A DNA stretch of 64,000 nt, from NCBI GenBank assembly GCA_965214935.1, contig CBDCCS010000018.1:256001-320000 (forward strand), written 5' to 3'. Each line of letters starts with the position of its first letter. Within the stretch, counting starts at the first letter, position 1. This DNA is from Candidatus Velthaea sp. (GTDB lineage: Bacteria > Vulcanimicrobiota > Vulcanimicrobiia > Vulcanimicrobiales > Vulcanimicrobiaceae). Shown here piece by piece: positions 31,196 to 41,874 of this stretch. A program made the position numbers and the translations under genes. Under the pieces are notes generated by a model. That model saw nothing but the letters and a program-made list of their open reading frames with translations, was not told where the DNA came from and searched no databases.

Positions 31196-33820
31196 TTGTC
31201 GGCGCTCGCACGTCTCGTTATGGACTTGATCGAAGGCGACGCCGGTCGAGCCGGACGTCACCTTGCGCAGGGTGTCGAACGATCGGTTCCGCTCGTGGCA
31301 GTGTTCGGTTGGAACGAACGGTCGCAAATAAACACTTGGAGCAGCGCCGCGGAGTCGCTCTTAGGCTGGACGGCCGATGACGTTCTGGGCCGCGCTCCGG
31401 CATTTATTGTTGAATGTTCGCGCCCTCCGGCTGCCGGCGATTGTAACGCAGTGTTACGCCGCTCGGAACGTGCCGTCGAAATGTGCACGATGCTGACTAA
31501 AGATGGACGACGGATCAAGGTCGCGCTGAAGTCGACGCCCCGCTTTGCATACACCGGCGAATCGTCCCGCATTGCGACGCTTGAGTTCCTCGACGAGCAG
31601 CTGCCGGTCGAACGGCGCCTCGCTATGCTCGAATCGGTGGTCGTCCATTCAACCGATGCAGTGATCGTCACGGCCGGTGAACCGGATGCTGCGGGCAGCT
31701 ATCGCGTGATGTATGTCAACGATGCGTTTAGCCGCATGACCGGTTATGCCGCCGGTGAAGCGATCGGCCGAACCCCGGCAATGCTGCTGCAAGGCGACGC
31801 AACGGACATCTCCACGATCGCTCGTATTGCTAGTGCCATCGACCGGTGCCAGAGCGTATCGGTCGAGGTACTCGAATATCGAAAAGACCGGACGACGTTC
31901 TGGGCCGAGGTCAACATCTCGCCGGTCCGCGACATTGACGGTTCGTGCATGTACTTCATCGGGGTGCAGCGCGACTTGACCGCGCGACGGGCCCGCGAAG
32001 CGTACGAACGCGTTCGCAGTCTCGTGCTTGAAATGGCCGTTCGGAACGAACCGCTTCGCACGCAGTTGGCACGCATCGTCTTACTGCTCAAAGACGTTAT
32101 TCCGGGAAGCCTCGGAACCGTCATGCTCGTCGCGGACGACCGGCTGCACGTTGCGGCCGCTGACCCGGAGGTACCGCGCGACTATCTGGCGACCATCGAC
32201 GGTGTGCGCTATGGACCGCAAGTCGGCTCGTGCGGCACCGCCGTCTATCTTCAAGAACCGGTTATCTGTACGGATATCGAGTTGGACGCTCGTTGGAACG
32301 GCTATCACGAAGCGGCGTTAGCCGCCGGGCTGCGCGCCTGCTGGTCGATTCCATTTTTTTCAACCGACGGCGTCGTGCTCGGAGCGTTTGCGCTTTATGC
32401 AAAGCAGTCTCACGCGTTGGCTCTGAGCGCCGAGCAACGCGGATTATTCGAGGAGACGGTTCGGTTTGCGGCGCTCGTCGTTGGACGTCATCTCGATCAA
32501 GAACGGCTGCGACGAATGGCGATGTACGACGCGCTGACCGACCTCCCGAACCGAACGGCGGTCGAAATCGAGCTTCGCGCCGCTATCGAACGCGCCCAAC
32601 AAAGCGGCACGACCGTCGGCGTCGGCGTGCTTGACATCGATCGCTTTAAAGCAATCAACGATGCTTTCGGACATTACATCGGCGACCGGCTTTTGCAAGC
32701 CATCGGTGGGCGAATGCGCTCATCGTTAGCTGCCGGAAACACGATCGGGCGCATGGCGGGCGATGAGTTCATCGTGGTCTTTCCGGATCTGCGCGATCCG
32801 GCCGACGGCACCCGAGCCGCACTGCACTTGCTCGACGAGTTCAGCACGGCGTTCACTGTCGAAGGCTACGAAATCGTGGTTCGGCCGAGTTTCGGTATCG
32901 CATTCTATCCGGCGTTAGCAACGCAGCCCGCGAGTCTCATACAAGCTGCCGACAGGGCGATGTACGCTGCGAAAGCGCACGGCGGCGGGCTCGAACGGGC
33001 GACTGTCGGCGCCGACGACTCGGCGCTGCGTTTACTGGATCTCGAACGCGATCTCCGTTACGCTCTCGAGCGCAACGAACTCGGACTCTACTATCAGATG
33101 ATGTATGCCGTGCACGACGGACATCCGGTCGGCGCCGAGGCGCTGTTGCGCTGGAATCATCCCCGACTCGGCGTCATCGAGCCGGCCGATTTCGTACCGC
33201 TGGCAGAAGCAAACGGCACAATCATTGCCATCGGGACTTGGGTCATTCACGAGGCGGCTCAAACCGCTCGGCTCTGGCAGGACGCCGGTCGCGATATCTT
33301 CATGGCGGTCAACGTCTCAGCGCTGCAATTCGACGCACCGGGTCTCTATGAAACCGTCGTCGACGTCTTGGAGCGCTATGGCCTCGAGCCATTCCGCTTG
33401 CACTTGGAGCTGACCGAGTCGCTGCTCATGCGCAATCCGCATGTCTCGGCGGCCACGCTCGCTCAACTCAAGACGCTCGGCGTTCGAATTGTCGTCGACG
33501 ATTTCGGCACCGGCTACTCGAGTCTGGCCTATTTGCAGCGCTTTCGCTTCGACGCTTTAAAAATCGACCGCGCTTTCGTGCGCGGTCTTCGCGACGGTTC
33601 GATGCACGACCGCAGCGAACACATCGTTGCAGCCGTGGTTGCGCTCGGCACGGCGCTAGGCGTCGCTACGATCGCCGAAGGTGTGGAAAACGCCGACCAG
33701 TACGATTTTATTCGCTCGTGCGGCTGCACGACCGTTCAGGGATATTTCTGCGCGCGGCCGGTGCGCGCCGCCGATGTTTCATGGCGATCCGCGGAGCCGC
33801 CGGTGTTTCGTCGGGCGTAG
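31196..33820 (+). CDS. PAS-PAS-GAF-GGDEF-EAL protein (intact remainder of split gene)
   Basis: PAS, GSCGTA-type GAF, DALTDLPNR, AGDEF variant, AEALLRW, DDFGTGYSSL. Confidence 0.85.
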   Translation: MSALARLVMDLIEGDAGRAGRHLAQGVERSVPLVAVFGWNERSQINTWSSAAESLLGWTADDVLGRAPAFIVECSRPPAAGDCNAVLRRSERAVEMCTMLTKDGRRIKVALKSTPRFAYTGESSRIATLEFLDEQLPVERRLAMLESVVVHSTDAVIVTAGEPDAAGSYRVMYVNDAFSRMTGYAAGEAIGRTPAMLLQGDATDISTIARIASAIDRCQSVSVEVLEYRKDRTTFWAEVNISPVRDIDGSCMYFIGVQRDLTARRAREAYERVRSLVLEMAVRNEPLRTQLARIVLLLKDVIPGSLGTVMLVADDRLHVAAADPEVPRDYLATIDGVRYGPQVGSCGTAVYLQEPVICTDIELDARWNGYHEAALAAGLRACWSIPFFSTDGVVLGAFALYAKQSHALALSAEQRGLFEETVRFAALVVGRHLDQERLRRMAMYDALTDLPNRTAVEIELRAAIERAQQSGTTVGVGVLDIDRFKAINDAFGHYIGDRLLQAIGGRMRSSLAAGNTIGRMAGDEFIVVFPDLRDPADGTRAALHLLDEFSTAFTVEGYEIVVRPSFGIAFYPALATQPASLIQAADRAMYAAKAHGGGLERATVGADDSALRLLDLERDLRYALERNELGLYYQMMYAVHDGHPVGAEALLRWNHPRLGVIEPADFVPLAEANGTIIAIGTWVIHEAAQTARLWQDAGRDIFMAVNVSALQFDAPGLYETVVDVLERYGLEPFRLHLELTESLLMRNPHVSAATLAQLKTLGVRIVVDDFGTGYSSLAYLQRFRFDALKIDRAFVRGLRDGSMHDRSEHIVAAVVALGTALGVATIAEGVENADQYDFIRSCGCTTVQGYFCARPVRAADVSWRSAEPPVFRRA

Positions 33821-33846
33821 TGCACCGGCGAACCCGGCAGTTTGTG

Positions 33847-35673
33847 TTAGGCAAAAACCTTATCGCGTTTACGGTTACGTAAACGGTCGGTTTCGTTGAG
33901 CATGCGTTTACGGATGCGGATCGACTTCGGCGTTATTTCGACGAGTTCGTCATCTTCGATAAACTCGATCGCGCGTTCGAGCGACATCTCTTCGGGCGGC
34001 GAAACTTTCGTGCTGTCATCGGAGCCCGACGCGCGCATGTTCGTCAGCTTCTTTGCCCGCACGACGTTGATCGCGATATCTTTATCGTCGTTAGCGCGGC
34101 CGACGACCATTCCTTCGTAAACATCGACTTGCGGGCCGACGAAGAACCGGCCACGCGATTCGAGTCCGACCATCGCATACTCGGTCGTAACACCGGAATC
34201 GCTGGCAACGAGCGCACCGTTCGAACGGCCCGGGATCGAACCGGCAAGCGGCTGATGGTCGTAGTATGTGTGCGACATAACCGCCGTCCCGCGGGAAAGC
34301 GTCAATAACTCGCCGCGCAAACCGAAGATCGCGCGGGTCGGCATCGTATATTCGAGCCGGCGAGAATCGCCGACGGTGATCATATTCGACATGATTGCGC
34401 GCCGTTTTCCGAGCGACTCGATGACCGGCCCGGCATACTCTTCCTGAACGTCGACGACGACATATTCAACCGGTTCCATTTTTACGCCGTTGCGTTCGCT
34501 AATGATTACTTGCGGCTTGGAAACGGCGATCTCGTAGCCTTCGCGCCGCATCGTTTCGATCAGAATCGACAGATGCAATTCGCCGCGGCCGCGAACCTCG
34601 AACGTATCGGCGCTGTCGGTATCTTCAACGCGCAAAGCGACGTTTGATTCGAGTTCGCGCATCAACCGCTCGCGAATCTGTCGCGAGGTAAGAAACTTCC
34701 CTTCTTTACCTGCGAAGGGCGACGCATTCACCATGAAATACATCGAAACGGTCGGCTCGTCGATCGCGACGGCGTTGAGTCCCTCGGGCGTCGCTGAATC
34801 GGTGATCGTATCGCCGATATTGAGTCCTTCGATACCTGAGACGCAGATGATATCGCCGGCCCCGGCCTCCTCGACGTCGACGCGATCGAGACCCGCAAAC
34901 GTCAGCAATTTCGTTAGGCGCAAGCCGCTCTCGACATCGCCCGCGCGATCGACCTTGGCAATCGGCGCATTGAGCTTGGCCGTGCCGCGGAAAATCCGTC
35001 CGATGCCGATCCGGCCGACGTATTTATTGTGGTCGATCGCGGAGATGAGCATCTGAAAGCCGCCGTCTTCGGCCGGCGCTTCCGGAACCGATTTGGCGAT
35101 CGTTGCAAACAGCGGTTCGAGATCGACGCCGGCTTCTTCGAGCGTATATTGCGCGATACCGGCGCGGCCGTTGGTATAAACGACGGGAAACTCCGACTGC
35201 TCGTCGCTGGCACCAAGTTCGATAAACAGGTCGAACACTTCATCGACGACTTCTTGTGCGCGCGCATCTTTACGATCGATCTTATTGATCACGACGATCG
35301 CGCGTAAATCGAGTTCGAGCGCTTTACGCAACACGAATCTCGTTTGCGGCATGACGCCTTCGGCTGCATCGACGAGTAAGACGACGCCCTGTACCATCTG
35401 TAACACGCGCTCGACTTCACCACCGAAATCAGCGTGACCGGGCGTGTCGACGATATTAAATTTCAAGTCGCCGTGACGAACAGCGGTATTTTTTGCCAAG
35501 ATCGTAATGCCGCGTTCTTTTTCTAACGGGTTGGAATCCATCACGCGCACTTCGGTTGCTTGACCTTCGCGGAAAACACCGCTCTGCTTGAGCATTGCAT
35601 CGACGAGGGTCGTTTTACCGTGGTCGACATGGGCGATGATGGCGACGTTACGGATATCGGCTCGGGTTCTCAC
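33847..35673 (-). CDS. typA: Translational GTPase TypA/BipA
   Basis: [42 protein letters not shown]. Confidence 0.98.
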   Translation of the reverse strand: MRTRADIRNVAIIAHVDHGKTTLVDAMLKQSGVFREGQATEVRVMDSNPLEKERGITILAKNTAVRHGDLKFNIVDTPGHADFGGEVERVLQMVQGVVLLVDAAEGVMPQTRFVLRKALELDLRAIVVINKIDRKDARAQEVVDEVFDLFIELGASDEQSEFPVVYTNGRAGIAQYTLEEAGVDLEPLFATIAKSVPEAPAEDGGFQMLISAIDHNKYVGRIGIGRIFRGTAKLNAPIAKVDRAGDVESGLRLTKLLTFAGLDRVDVEEAGAGDIICVSGIEGLNIGDTITDSATPEGLNAVAIDEPTVSMYFMVNASPFAGKEGKFLTSRQIRERLMRELESNVALRVEDTDSADTFEVRGRGELHLSILIETMRREGYEIAVSKPQVIISERNGVKMEPVEYVVVDVQEEYAGPVIESLGKRRAIMSNMITVGDSRRLEYTMPTRAIFGLRGELLTLSRGTAVMSHTYYDHQPLAGSIPGRSNGALVASDSGVTTEYAMVGLESRGRFFVGPQVDVYEGMVVGRANDDKDIAINVVRAKKLTNMRASGSDDSTKVSPPEEMSLERAIEFIEDDELVEITPKSIRIRKRMLNETDRLRNRKRDKVFA

Positions 35674-35682
35674 AACCCACGG

Positions 35683-35691
35683 AGTATACCA
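35683..35691 (-). promoter_or_regulatory. Extended -10 element (TGGTATACT) of typA
   Basis: TGnTATACT 9 nt upstream of the GTG, preceded by a T-tract. Confidence 0.55.
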
Positions 35692-35715
35692 AAAAAAAGA
35701 AAGGCTGGCTACTGA

Positions 35716-36441
35716 TTAACGGCCGAAGCGCCGTTGGCGGCCGGCGAACGCCGCAAGCGCGGCGTCAAAGGCGTGACCGTCAAATTCGGGCCACGGCGTT
35801 TGCGTCGACCACAATTCGGTGTAAGCGCACTGGTAAAGTAAAAAGTTGGAAAGCCGTAACTCGCCGCCGGTTCGAATTAAAAGATCCGGATCGGGCAGAC
35901 CGGCCGTCGTCAGCTTCGCGGCGATCGCATCATCGTTAATTGCATCCGGCGCGAGCTTGCCGTCGGCGACGTCTTTGGCCAGCGCCCGGACGGCGTCGCA
36001 CAGTTCGCTGCGCGCGCTATAGTCGATCGCGATATTGAACAGCATGCCGGTCGCCGCCGCCGTACGCGCTTCGAGTTCGGACAGCGCATCGCGAACGCTG
36101 CGCGGCAAGCGGTCCCGTTTGCCGATAATGCGGGCGCGTACGTTCGCACGCAACAACTCTGCGGCTTCGCGCCGCGCGAACACGCGCGCCAAATCCATGA
36201 GCAGCGCAATTTCGTCGCTCGGCCGCCCCCAATTCTCTTCGGAAAACGCATACACCGTGAGCACGTCGAGGCCGGCCCGCCCCGCGGCCGCGACCGTTTG
36301 TTGCAGCGCACGAACGCCGCGCCGGTGGCCTTCAATCGCCGGCAGACCGTGAGCGAGCGCCCAGCGGCGATTGCCGTCCATAATAATGGCGACGTGCCGC
36401 GGCGCGACGCTCGTCAGCGGTGCTTCGAGCTGGTGAATCAT
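35716..36441 (-). CDS. uppS: cis-prenyltransferase (undecaprenyl diphosphate synthase family)
   Basis: [49 protein letters not shown]. Confidence 0.93.
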   Translation of the reverse strand: MIHQLEAPLTSVAPRHVAIIMDGNRRWALAHGLPAIEGHRRGVRALQQTVAAAGRAGLDVLTVYAFSEENWGRPSDEIALLMDLARVFARREAAELLRANVRARIIGKRDRLPRSVRDALSELEARTAAATGMLFNIAIDYSARSELCDAVRALAKDVADGKLAPDAINDDAIAAKLTTAGLPDPDLLIRTGGELRLSNFLLYQCAYTELWSTQTPWPEFDGHAFDAALAAFAGRQRRFGR

Positions 36442-36821
36442 CCTTGCGGCACCCAGGCGGATGCAGCACTCTGCGCATGCGAACGGTCGTGGACGGCGCG
36501 AACGACCGCTTCGAGTTCATCGATATAACTTAGAAACCGCTTGCGGCCCGAAGGCGTGATGCGTACGATCGTCACTGGCCGGCCGTTACCGCGCAAGCGT
36601 TGCAGACTAACGACGCCGACGTCGGCTAACGCATGCAGATGCCGATTGAGGTTGCCGTCCGTTAACCCGCACGCATCTTGCAAGTCGGTAAAGCGCATTC
36701 CGGCGTCGCTGGCGACCAGACACGTGCACACGGCAAGCCGGCCGCGTTCGTGAAAGATCCGCTCGAGTCCGGAGTAAGCAAAAGGTGCGTCGTTATCCGA
36801 GTTCATGTCGCTGGTCATCAC
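36438..36821 (-). CDS. Winged-helix transcriptional regulator (MarR/ArsR-like)
   Basis: ERIFHERGRL, LTDGNLNRHL, ITPSGRKRFLSYIDELE. Confidence 0.85.
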   Translation of the reverse strand: MMTSDMNSDNDAPFAYSGLERIFHERGRLAVCTCLVASDAGMRFTDLQDACGLTDGNLNRHLHALADVGVVSLQRLRGNGRPVTIVRITPSGRKRFLSYIDELEAVVRAVHDRSHAQSAASAWVPQG

Positions 36822-37401
36822 GTAAAACGAGTGCTCCGATGAGAAGTTGCCCGATGCCGAACGTTGCGGGCATCACCCACCAGCGCAACGCACTGACGTC
36901 CTGGGCGAAAAGCAAGGCGGTTCCGGCCGCGCCGAACAAGCCTGCGACGGCGAGTACGCCGCGCGGCACCATCGCGCGCGACGCGATGAGGCCCATGGCG
37001 TAACAAACGCACCATACCCCCGGCAGTAGACCGAACAGGTGACGGTGCATCAACGCCAGCGTCAGCAACCCGCCGGTCATAATCGCCGGCGCGATCGTCA
37101 TCCCGACGGTCCGCAGTTCGACCCGCGCGCGTAGCGTCCAATTGCGAGCAAGCCACAGAACGATCGCGCCGTAATTTACGACCAGCGCAAAGATCAGGCA
37201 GGCCAGCCACATCGTGACGTAACGCGCTGCGTCGACGGCCGAAAGCGGATAGGGAAGGGTGAGAAACTGATAGACGCCGATCGTTACCGCGGCGCTTCCG
37301 CTGATGATTGCGGCGCCGCCGGACCAACCGCGAAAGCGCTGGACGGCAACGAGCCGGCTGCGAACTTCCGCGAGATCGGCCAGTGCTCGAGACACTTCCA
37401 T
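36793..37401 (-). CDS. Hypothetical multi-TM membrane protein
   Basis: About six hydrophobic helices. First gene of an overlapping three-gene operon. Confidence 0.8.
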   Translation of the reverse strand: MEVSRALADLAEVRSRLVAVQRFRGWSGGAAIISGSAAVTIGVYQFLTLPYPLSAVDAARYVTMWLACLIFALVVNYGAIVLWLARNWTLRARVELRTVGMTIAPAIMTGGLLTLALMHRHLFGLLPGVWCVCYAMGLIASRAMVPRGVLAVAGLFGAAGTALLFAQDVSALRWWVMPATFGIGQLLIGALVLRDDQRHELG

Positions 37402-37428
37402 CTTTCACTTTGTATCACAAAGTTAATT

Positions 37429-39138
37429 GTGGCGCAAGCGTTTCGAGGGTCTCGAAGCCATCCGAAGAACGAGCCCTGCTCTGTGTCCGGACCCCATCTT
37501 TCGACTTGGCATTTGCCTCTGCGCACGTGGCAAACCGCTGCCGTCGCGCGCTGGCAGACGAGCCGTCCGGCTGATTCGCTCATCGTCGCGACGCCCGGCG
37601 CCGGCAAAACACGCTTCGCCGCTCGGCTCTCGCATGCGTTGCTGGCGGAACGGAACGTCGAACGGGTCATCGCCGTCGTGCCGCGCGAGCATCTCAAAGC
37701 ACAAGTGGCGCGCGCGATGGCCGAAGCCGGCATCGTTCTCGACCATCACTTCAACAACGCGGCCGGCGTGCTGGCCGCGGACGTTCACGGCGCGGCCGTC
37801 ACCTACCAGCAGATCGCCGCAGCACCCGGCGTGTATGCCCGGCTCGTCGCGCAAGCCGGTGGCCGCATCGCCGTTTTGCTCGATGAAATCCATCACGCCG
37901 GCGATCAGGCGTCGTGGGGAACCGCGCTGCGCGACGCGTTTGGCCGTGCCGCCTATCGCATCGCACTTTCCGGCACGCCCTTCCGATCCGACGGAACGCC
38001 GATTCCCTTCGTCGACTACCACGCCGGTCTGTCCGTCGCCGCTTTCACTTACGACTATGCCTCGGCGTTGCGGGACGGCGTTTGCCGCGCGCTGGTCTTT
38101 CCGCTGCACGGCGGTGAAGCCCAGTGGATCAGCCGCGACGGCGAAGCAATCACGGCATCGTTCGAGACGGGTTTAGGGCGGCGGCATGAGAGCGAACGGC
38201 TGCGAACGGCGCTCACCCAGCCGAATTGGGTCGGCGACGTGCTGCAGAAAGCGCATCTGCGTTTGCTGGCGGTGCGCGCCGCCGGTCAGCGCGATGCCGG
38301 CGGACTCGTGGCGGCCATGAACCAGGAACACGCGCACTTTATCGCCGGTCTGCTCGAGCGCCGGACCGGTGTCAAGCCGGCGATCGTCGTATCGGACTTC
38401 GAAGACGCGTCGCTCCGCCTCACGGCGTTCGCCCGTTCGCGCGAACCTTGGATCGTGGCCGTTCACATGGTCTCCGAAGGCGTCGATATTCCACGTTTGC
38501 GTGTCGGCGTCTTCGCCACGAACGTCGTCACCGAGATGTACTTCCGCCAATTCTGCGGGCGTTTCGTGCGGACGTCCGGCCTGCATGGCGACGAGCGCGA
38601 AGCGTATGTCTTCGTGCCGGACGATCCGCGTATCCGCGCGTTGGCCGCCCGCATAACCGATGACGTCCGGACCGGACTCAAAGAGCGGGACGACCGGCCG
38701 GAGCCGATCGAATTCGATCCGGCGCAACGGCGCCACGCTGCCGGCGACGACGGCCTGTACGCATCGATTGCGGCCAACGCGACGGAGAGCCGGACGCTCG
38801 ATTTCGGACCGCTCTTCAATCCCGCAGCGCGGTTACCCGAGCCGGCGGTGCGATCCGGTGTTGGCGCGCCGACCGGTACGACTTCGTCGCCTTCGACCCG
38901 AGCGACGCCGCCGGTGGTGCTCACGCATAGCGAACGCAAGGAGTCGCTGCGCAAGGCGGTCGCGGGCCTGGTCTCACACGTGAGTTCGACCTTCGGCGTC
39001 GACCATAAGCTCGTTCACGCAACCTTGAACCAACGCTGCGGCGGACCGGTCGCCGGCGCGACTGCCGCCGAACTCGAACAGCGTCGCAGGCTGATCATGC
39101 AATGGCTGGCACGCCGAGTTTACGACGGACTGCGTTAA
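37429..39138 (+). CDS. SF2 DEAD/DEAH-box helicase (ResIII-like)
   Basis: LRTWQ Q-motif, TPGAGKT, DEIHH, LSGTPFRSD, MVSEGVDIP, QFCGRFVR. Confidence 0.9.
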   Translation: MAQAFRGSRSHPKNEPCSVSGPHLSTWHLPLRTWQTAAVARWQTSRPADSLIVATPGAGKTRFAARLSHALLAERNVERVIAVVPREHLKAQVARAMAEAGIVLDHHFNNAAGVLAADVHGAAVTYQQIAAAPGVYARLVAQAGGRIAVLLDEIHHAGDQASWGTALRDAFGRAAYRIALSGTPFRSDGTPIPFVDYHAGLSVAAFTYDYASALRDGVCRALVFPLHGGEAQWISRDGEAITASFETGLGRRHESERLRTALTQPNWVGDVLQKAHLRLLAVRAAGQRDAGGLVAAMNQEHAHFIAGLLERRTGVKPAIVVSDFEDASLRLTAFARSREPWIVAVHMVSEGVDIPRLRVGVFATNVVTEMYFRQFCGRFVRTSGLHGDEREAYVFVPDDPRIRALAARITDDVRTGLKERDDRPEPIEFDPAQRRHAAGDDGLYASIAANATESRTLDFGPLFNPAARLPEPAVRSGVGAPTGTTSSPSTRATPPVVLTHSERKESLRKAVAGLVSHVSSTFGVDHKLVHATLNQRCGGPVAGATAAELEQRRRLIMQWLARRVYDGLR

Positions 39139-39195
39139 AAACATGAGCGCCGAGAGGCTGCGGGCGTGCGGCGTCGATATGACGATGACGTGAGC

Positions 39196-40542
39196 ATGAC
39201 GATCGCCCGAGCGGGACAGCCGAGTGCCGCGGAGCGCGCAGCCGCAGGCAAAGCGCTGCGTGAGGCCGTTCCGCGCTCGAGCCATTCGGCGTGGGTGACC
39301 GTGCCCAACCGGTCGCAGGCGCTACGCATCATCGCCGATTCCAGTCATGGCCGGGTCGACCATCTCATACCACTGCGCAACGCGCGTATGGCCGAATCGG
39401 CCTTTGCATTTTTCCGCGGCAGCGCCGGGGTGATGGCCGCCGATCTTGCAACGACCCCGGCCACCGGCGTGAGCGTTCAAATCGGCGGCGACGCGCACTG
39501 CCTGAATTTCGGGGCCTTCGCCACGCCGGAACGGCGGCTTATTTTCGATCTGAACGATTTCGATGAAACCCACAGCGGACCGTGGGAATGGGACGTCAAG
39601 CGGCTCGTCGCCAGCCTCGTCCTCGCAGCGCGGTCGATTCGCCTCAAGGATTCCGGCGCAAACCTTACTGCGCTGGCGGCGGTACGTGCGTATCGTTTGA
39701 AGATGATCGACTTTGCTGCAACGTCGGCGCTCGATACCTGGTACGCGCATATCGATGCCGCCCAAGTCTCGTCGGGCGATTCAGACGAGCGGCGCAAACG
39801 CCGGCTAATCGTCGACCACGCGCAGGCCCATTCGATGCAAGCTGCGCTCGAGCGATATACGGTACCCGGCCCCGCTGGACGGCATTTTGTCGACGAGCCG
39901 CCGCTCCTGTATCATCCGAACGGCAAAACCGACGGCGGATTCGATGTCGAGCGCGTGTTTGCAACGTATAGCGGCACGCTTGCGCGCGAAATTCAAGTGC
40001 TTTTCGGTCGCTATCGGCTGGTCGACCATTCGGTCAAAGTCGTCGGTGTCGGCAGCATCGGGACGCGCTGTTCGGTTGCGCTGCTTCACGCCGATGCGCA
40101 AGATTATCTCATCTTGCAGATAAAGCAAGCTCAGGCGTCGGTGCTCGAACCATATTGCGGACCGAGCCCGTTTGCCAATCACGGTGAACGCGTCGTGTTC
40201 GGTCAACGTCTCATGCAAAGCGCAAGCGATGCGTTCCTAGGCTGGGGCACATCGGGCGAACATGATTACTATGTCCGCCAATTTAAAGATAAAAAGGGCT
40301 CCGTCGATATCGGAGCTATGGACGGCTACGGGCTACGCGATTATGCGGAGATGTGCGGCAGAGCGCTGGCCAGCGCTCACGCGCGGTCGGGCGACGCCGT
40401 ACGAATTGCTGCATATCTCGGCAAAAGCGACGTATTCGATAAAGCTATCGTCCGCTTCGGCTTGCTCTATGCGGGTCAAGCCGAAAGCGATCACGAGACA
40501 TTCGTTGCCGCGATCGACGCCGGCCGCATCCCGGTGGGCTAA
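39196..40542 (+). CDS. DUF2252 family protein (kinase-like)
   Basis: FAFFRGSA, GDAHCLNFG, FDLNDFDE, WEWDVKRL, KVVGVGSIGTR, AHARSGD. Confidence 0.9.
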   Translation: MTIARAGQPSAAERAAAGKALREAVPRSSHSAWVTVPNRSQALRIIADSSHGRVDHLIPLRNARMAESAFAFFRGSAGVMAADLATTPATGVSVQIGGDAHCLNFGAFATPERRLIFDLNDFDETHSGPWEWDVKRLVASLVLAARSIRLKDSGANLTALAAVRAYRLKMIDFAATSALDTWYAHIDAAQVSSGDSDERRKRRLIVDHAQAHSMQAALERYTVPGPAGRHFVDEPPLLYHPNGKTDGGFDVERVFATYSGTLAREIQVLFGRYRLVDHSVKVVGVGSIGTRCSVALLHADAQDYLILQIKQAQASVLEPYCGPSPFANHGERVVFGQRLMQSASDAFLGWGTSGEHDYYVRQFKDKKGSVDIGAMDGYGLRDYAEMCGRALASAHARSGDAVRIAAYLGKSDVFDKAIVRFGLLYAGQAESDHETFVAAIDAGRIPVG

Positions 40543-40569
40543 ACGTCCGGCGTTCGCAGCGAAAGCCGG

Positions 40570-40749
40570 TTAACTCAGACCGGTAATCACGCCGTAGCGG
40601 CGGGCCAGCGCCCGGCGCTCATCATCGAAGCGGGCGCGAATCTTCTCAGACTCCACGATGGCGGCTTTACCGAGATTCTCGCTTTCGCGCTCTTTACGGG
40701 CTTTGTCGGCGGCTTTCACGGCAAGCGCCGAAATCTTTTTTTCGCTCAT
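40570..40749 (-). CDS. 59-aa charged helical small protein
   Basis: Not in the ORF track. MSEKKISALAVKAADKARKERESENLGKAAIVESEKIRARFDDERRALARRYGVITGLS fills the intergenic gap. Confidence 0.6.
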   Translation of the reverse strand: MSEKKISALAVKAADKARKERESENLGKAAIVESEKIRARFDDERRALARRYGVITGLS

Positions 40750-40803
40750 CGAATCTTCATTGACCGTCGGCCCGATTCAACCCCCTTGCGGCGAGCAACC
40801 GGC

Positions 40804-41874
40804 CTATTCTCGGCCGCGCTCCGGGCGCAGTTGCGGCAGTCCCTCGCGGTCAAGCGGTGTGCCGACGAGAACTTGCACGAAGAGGGAATAGCTTACGACG
40901 CCCGCCGCAACGCGGTTCGCCCGCAAAAACTTATCGTAGACGAACCACTGCGCGACGAAAACGCGCGGATCGTAATAGCGCAAAAAGCGCGTCCGGGCGG
41001 CGTTGAGGTCGGCGCGCACGAGCGGCGAGATCGGCAATCGCTCGCGGTCGGCGTCGGGCAGAAAACCGTAGGCCCAAAACAGCCCGGAGTACCGGATGAG
41101 CGGATCGCCGGAGCGCAGCGTCGTCAGCGCGGCGATGAGGTTCGCATCGCTTTCGTCGCCGAAACCGGCGACATGACCCCACTCATGGGCCAGCGCGAAC
41201 GGCCGCTCGAACGGTAAGAAGTTCCCGTTGAGTAAGGTTTCGTAAGCGAAGGGATCCCATTGCCCGCCGATGCCGGCCATGCCGAACCAGCGATCGAAGA
41301 TGGTTTGCTTCGGGCGTGACAACTTGACGTCGTAACGGTCGCCCAGCCGGCGCACAACGGGTTCGAAGGCGTTCGCAAGCCGTGCTTCCAGGACGTTTTC
41401 GGATTCGACATCGGCGTGGGCGGGCAGTACCGTGGCGTTGAGTTGACGCACGATCGTCGCGCTGAAAGCACTGACGCTCTGCGGTGAAACGCGAGCCCGG
41501 TTATAAGCGATGCGTCCGACGATCGGCACGCGGCGGTAATTGAGCGCCCACGCCGCGTCGAACCAAAGGACGGCAACGGCCGCCACCGCGGCGGTCCGCA
41601 ACGCAATGCGTGCGAGTCGCCGTACGGCCGGATCGGGATAGCGGCGCCAGCCGGCGATCCAGTAAACGCCCAGTCCGCCCAGTATCGCAATGAGAATGCA
41701 ATCGCCGAGCGACACCGGTACGGCATTGGCAAGCGGGACGAACGTTCGTGCCAACGCCGGGTAGATGCCGTTGGCGTAACCGTTTTCGAGCCAGCGTGCG
41801 TCGATCGGTACGACCTGCAAGACGAGTGCGAGCGCGATGAGCCCGACGTCGGGGCCGTAGCGCCGGACGATCAT
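40804..41874 (-). CDS. DUF3810 family zincin-like membrane protein
   Basis: ENGYANGIYP, SLGD, WALNYRR, HEWGH..GF..ESDAN. Confidence 0.82.
   Translation of the reverse strand: MIVRRYGPDVGLIALALVLQVVPIDARWLENGYANGIYPALARTFVPLANAVPVSLGDCILIAILGGLGVYWIAGWRRYPDPAVRRLARIALRTAAVAAVAVLWFDAAWALNYRRVPIVGRIAYNRARVSPQSVSAFSATIVRQLNATVLPAHADVESENVLEARLANAFEPVVRRLGDRYDVKLSRPKQTIFDRWFGMAGIGGQWDPFAYETLLNGNFLPFERPFALAHEWGHVAGFGDESDANLIAALTTLRSGDPLIRYSGLFWAYGFLPDADRERLPISPLVRADLNAARTRFLRYYDPRVFVAQWFVYDKFLRANRVAAGVVSYSLFVQVLVGTPLDREGLPQLRPERGRE

Noticed and set aside
37429..39138. Type III restriction or other defence system
   Set aside because: No methyltransferase or nuclease domain nearby.
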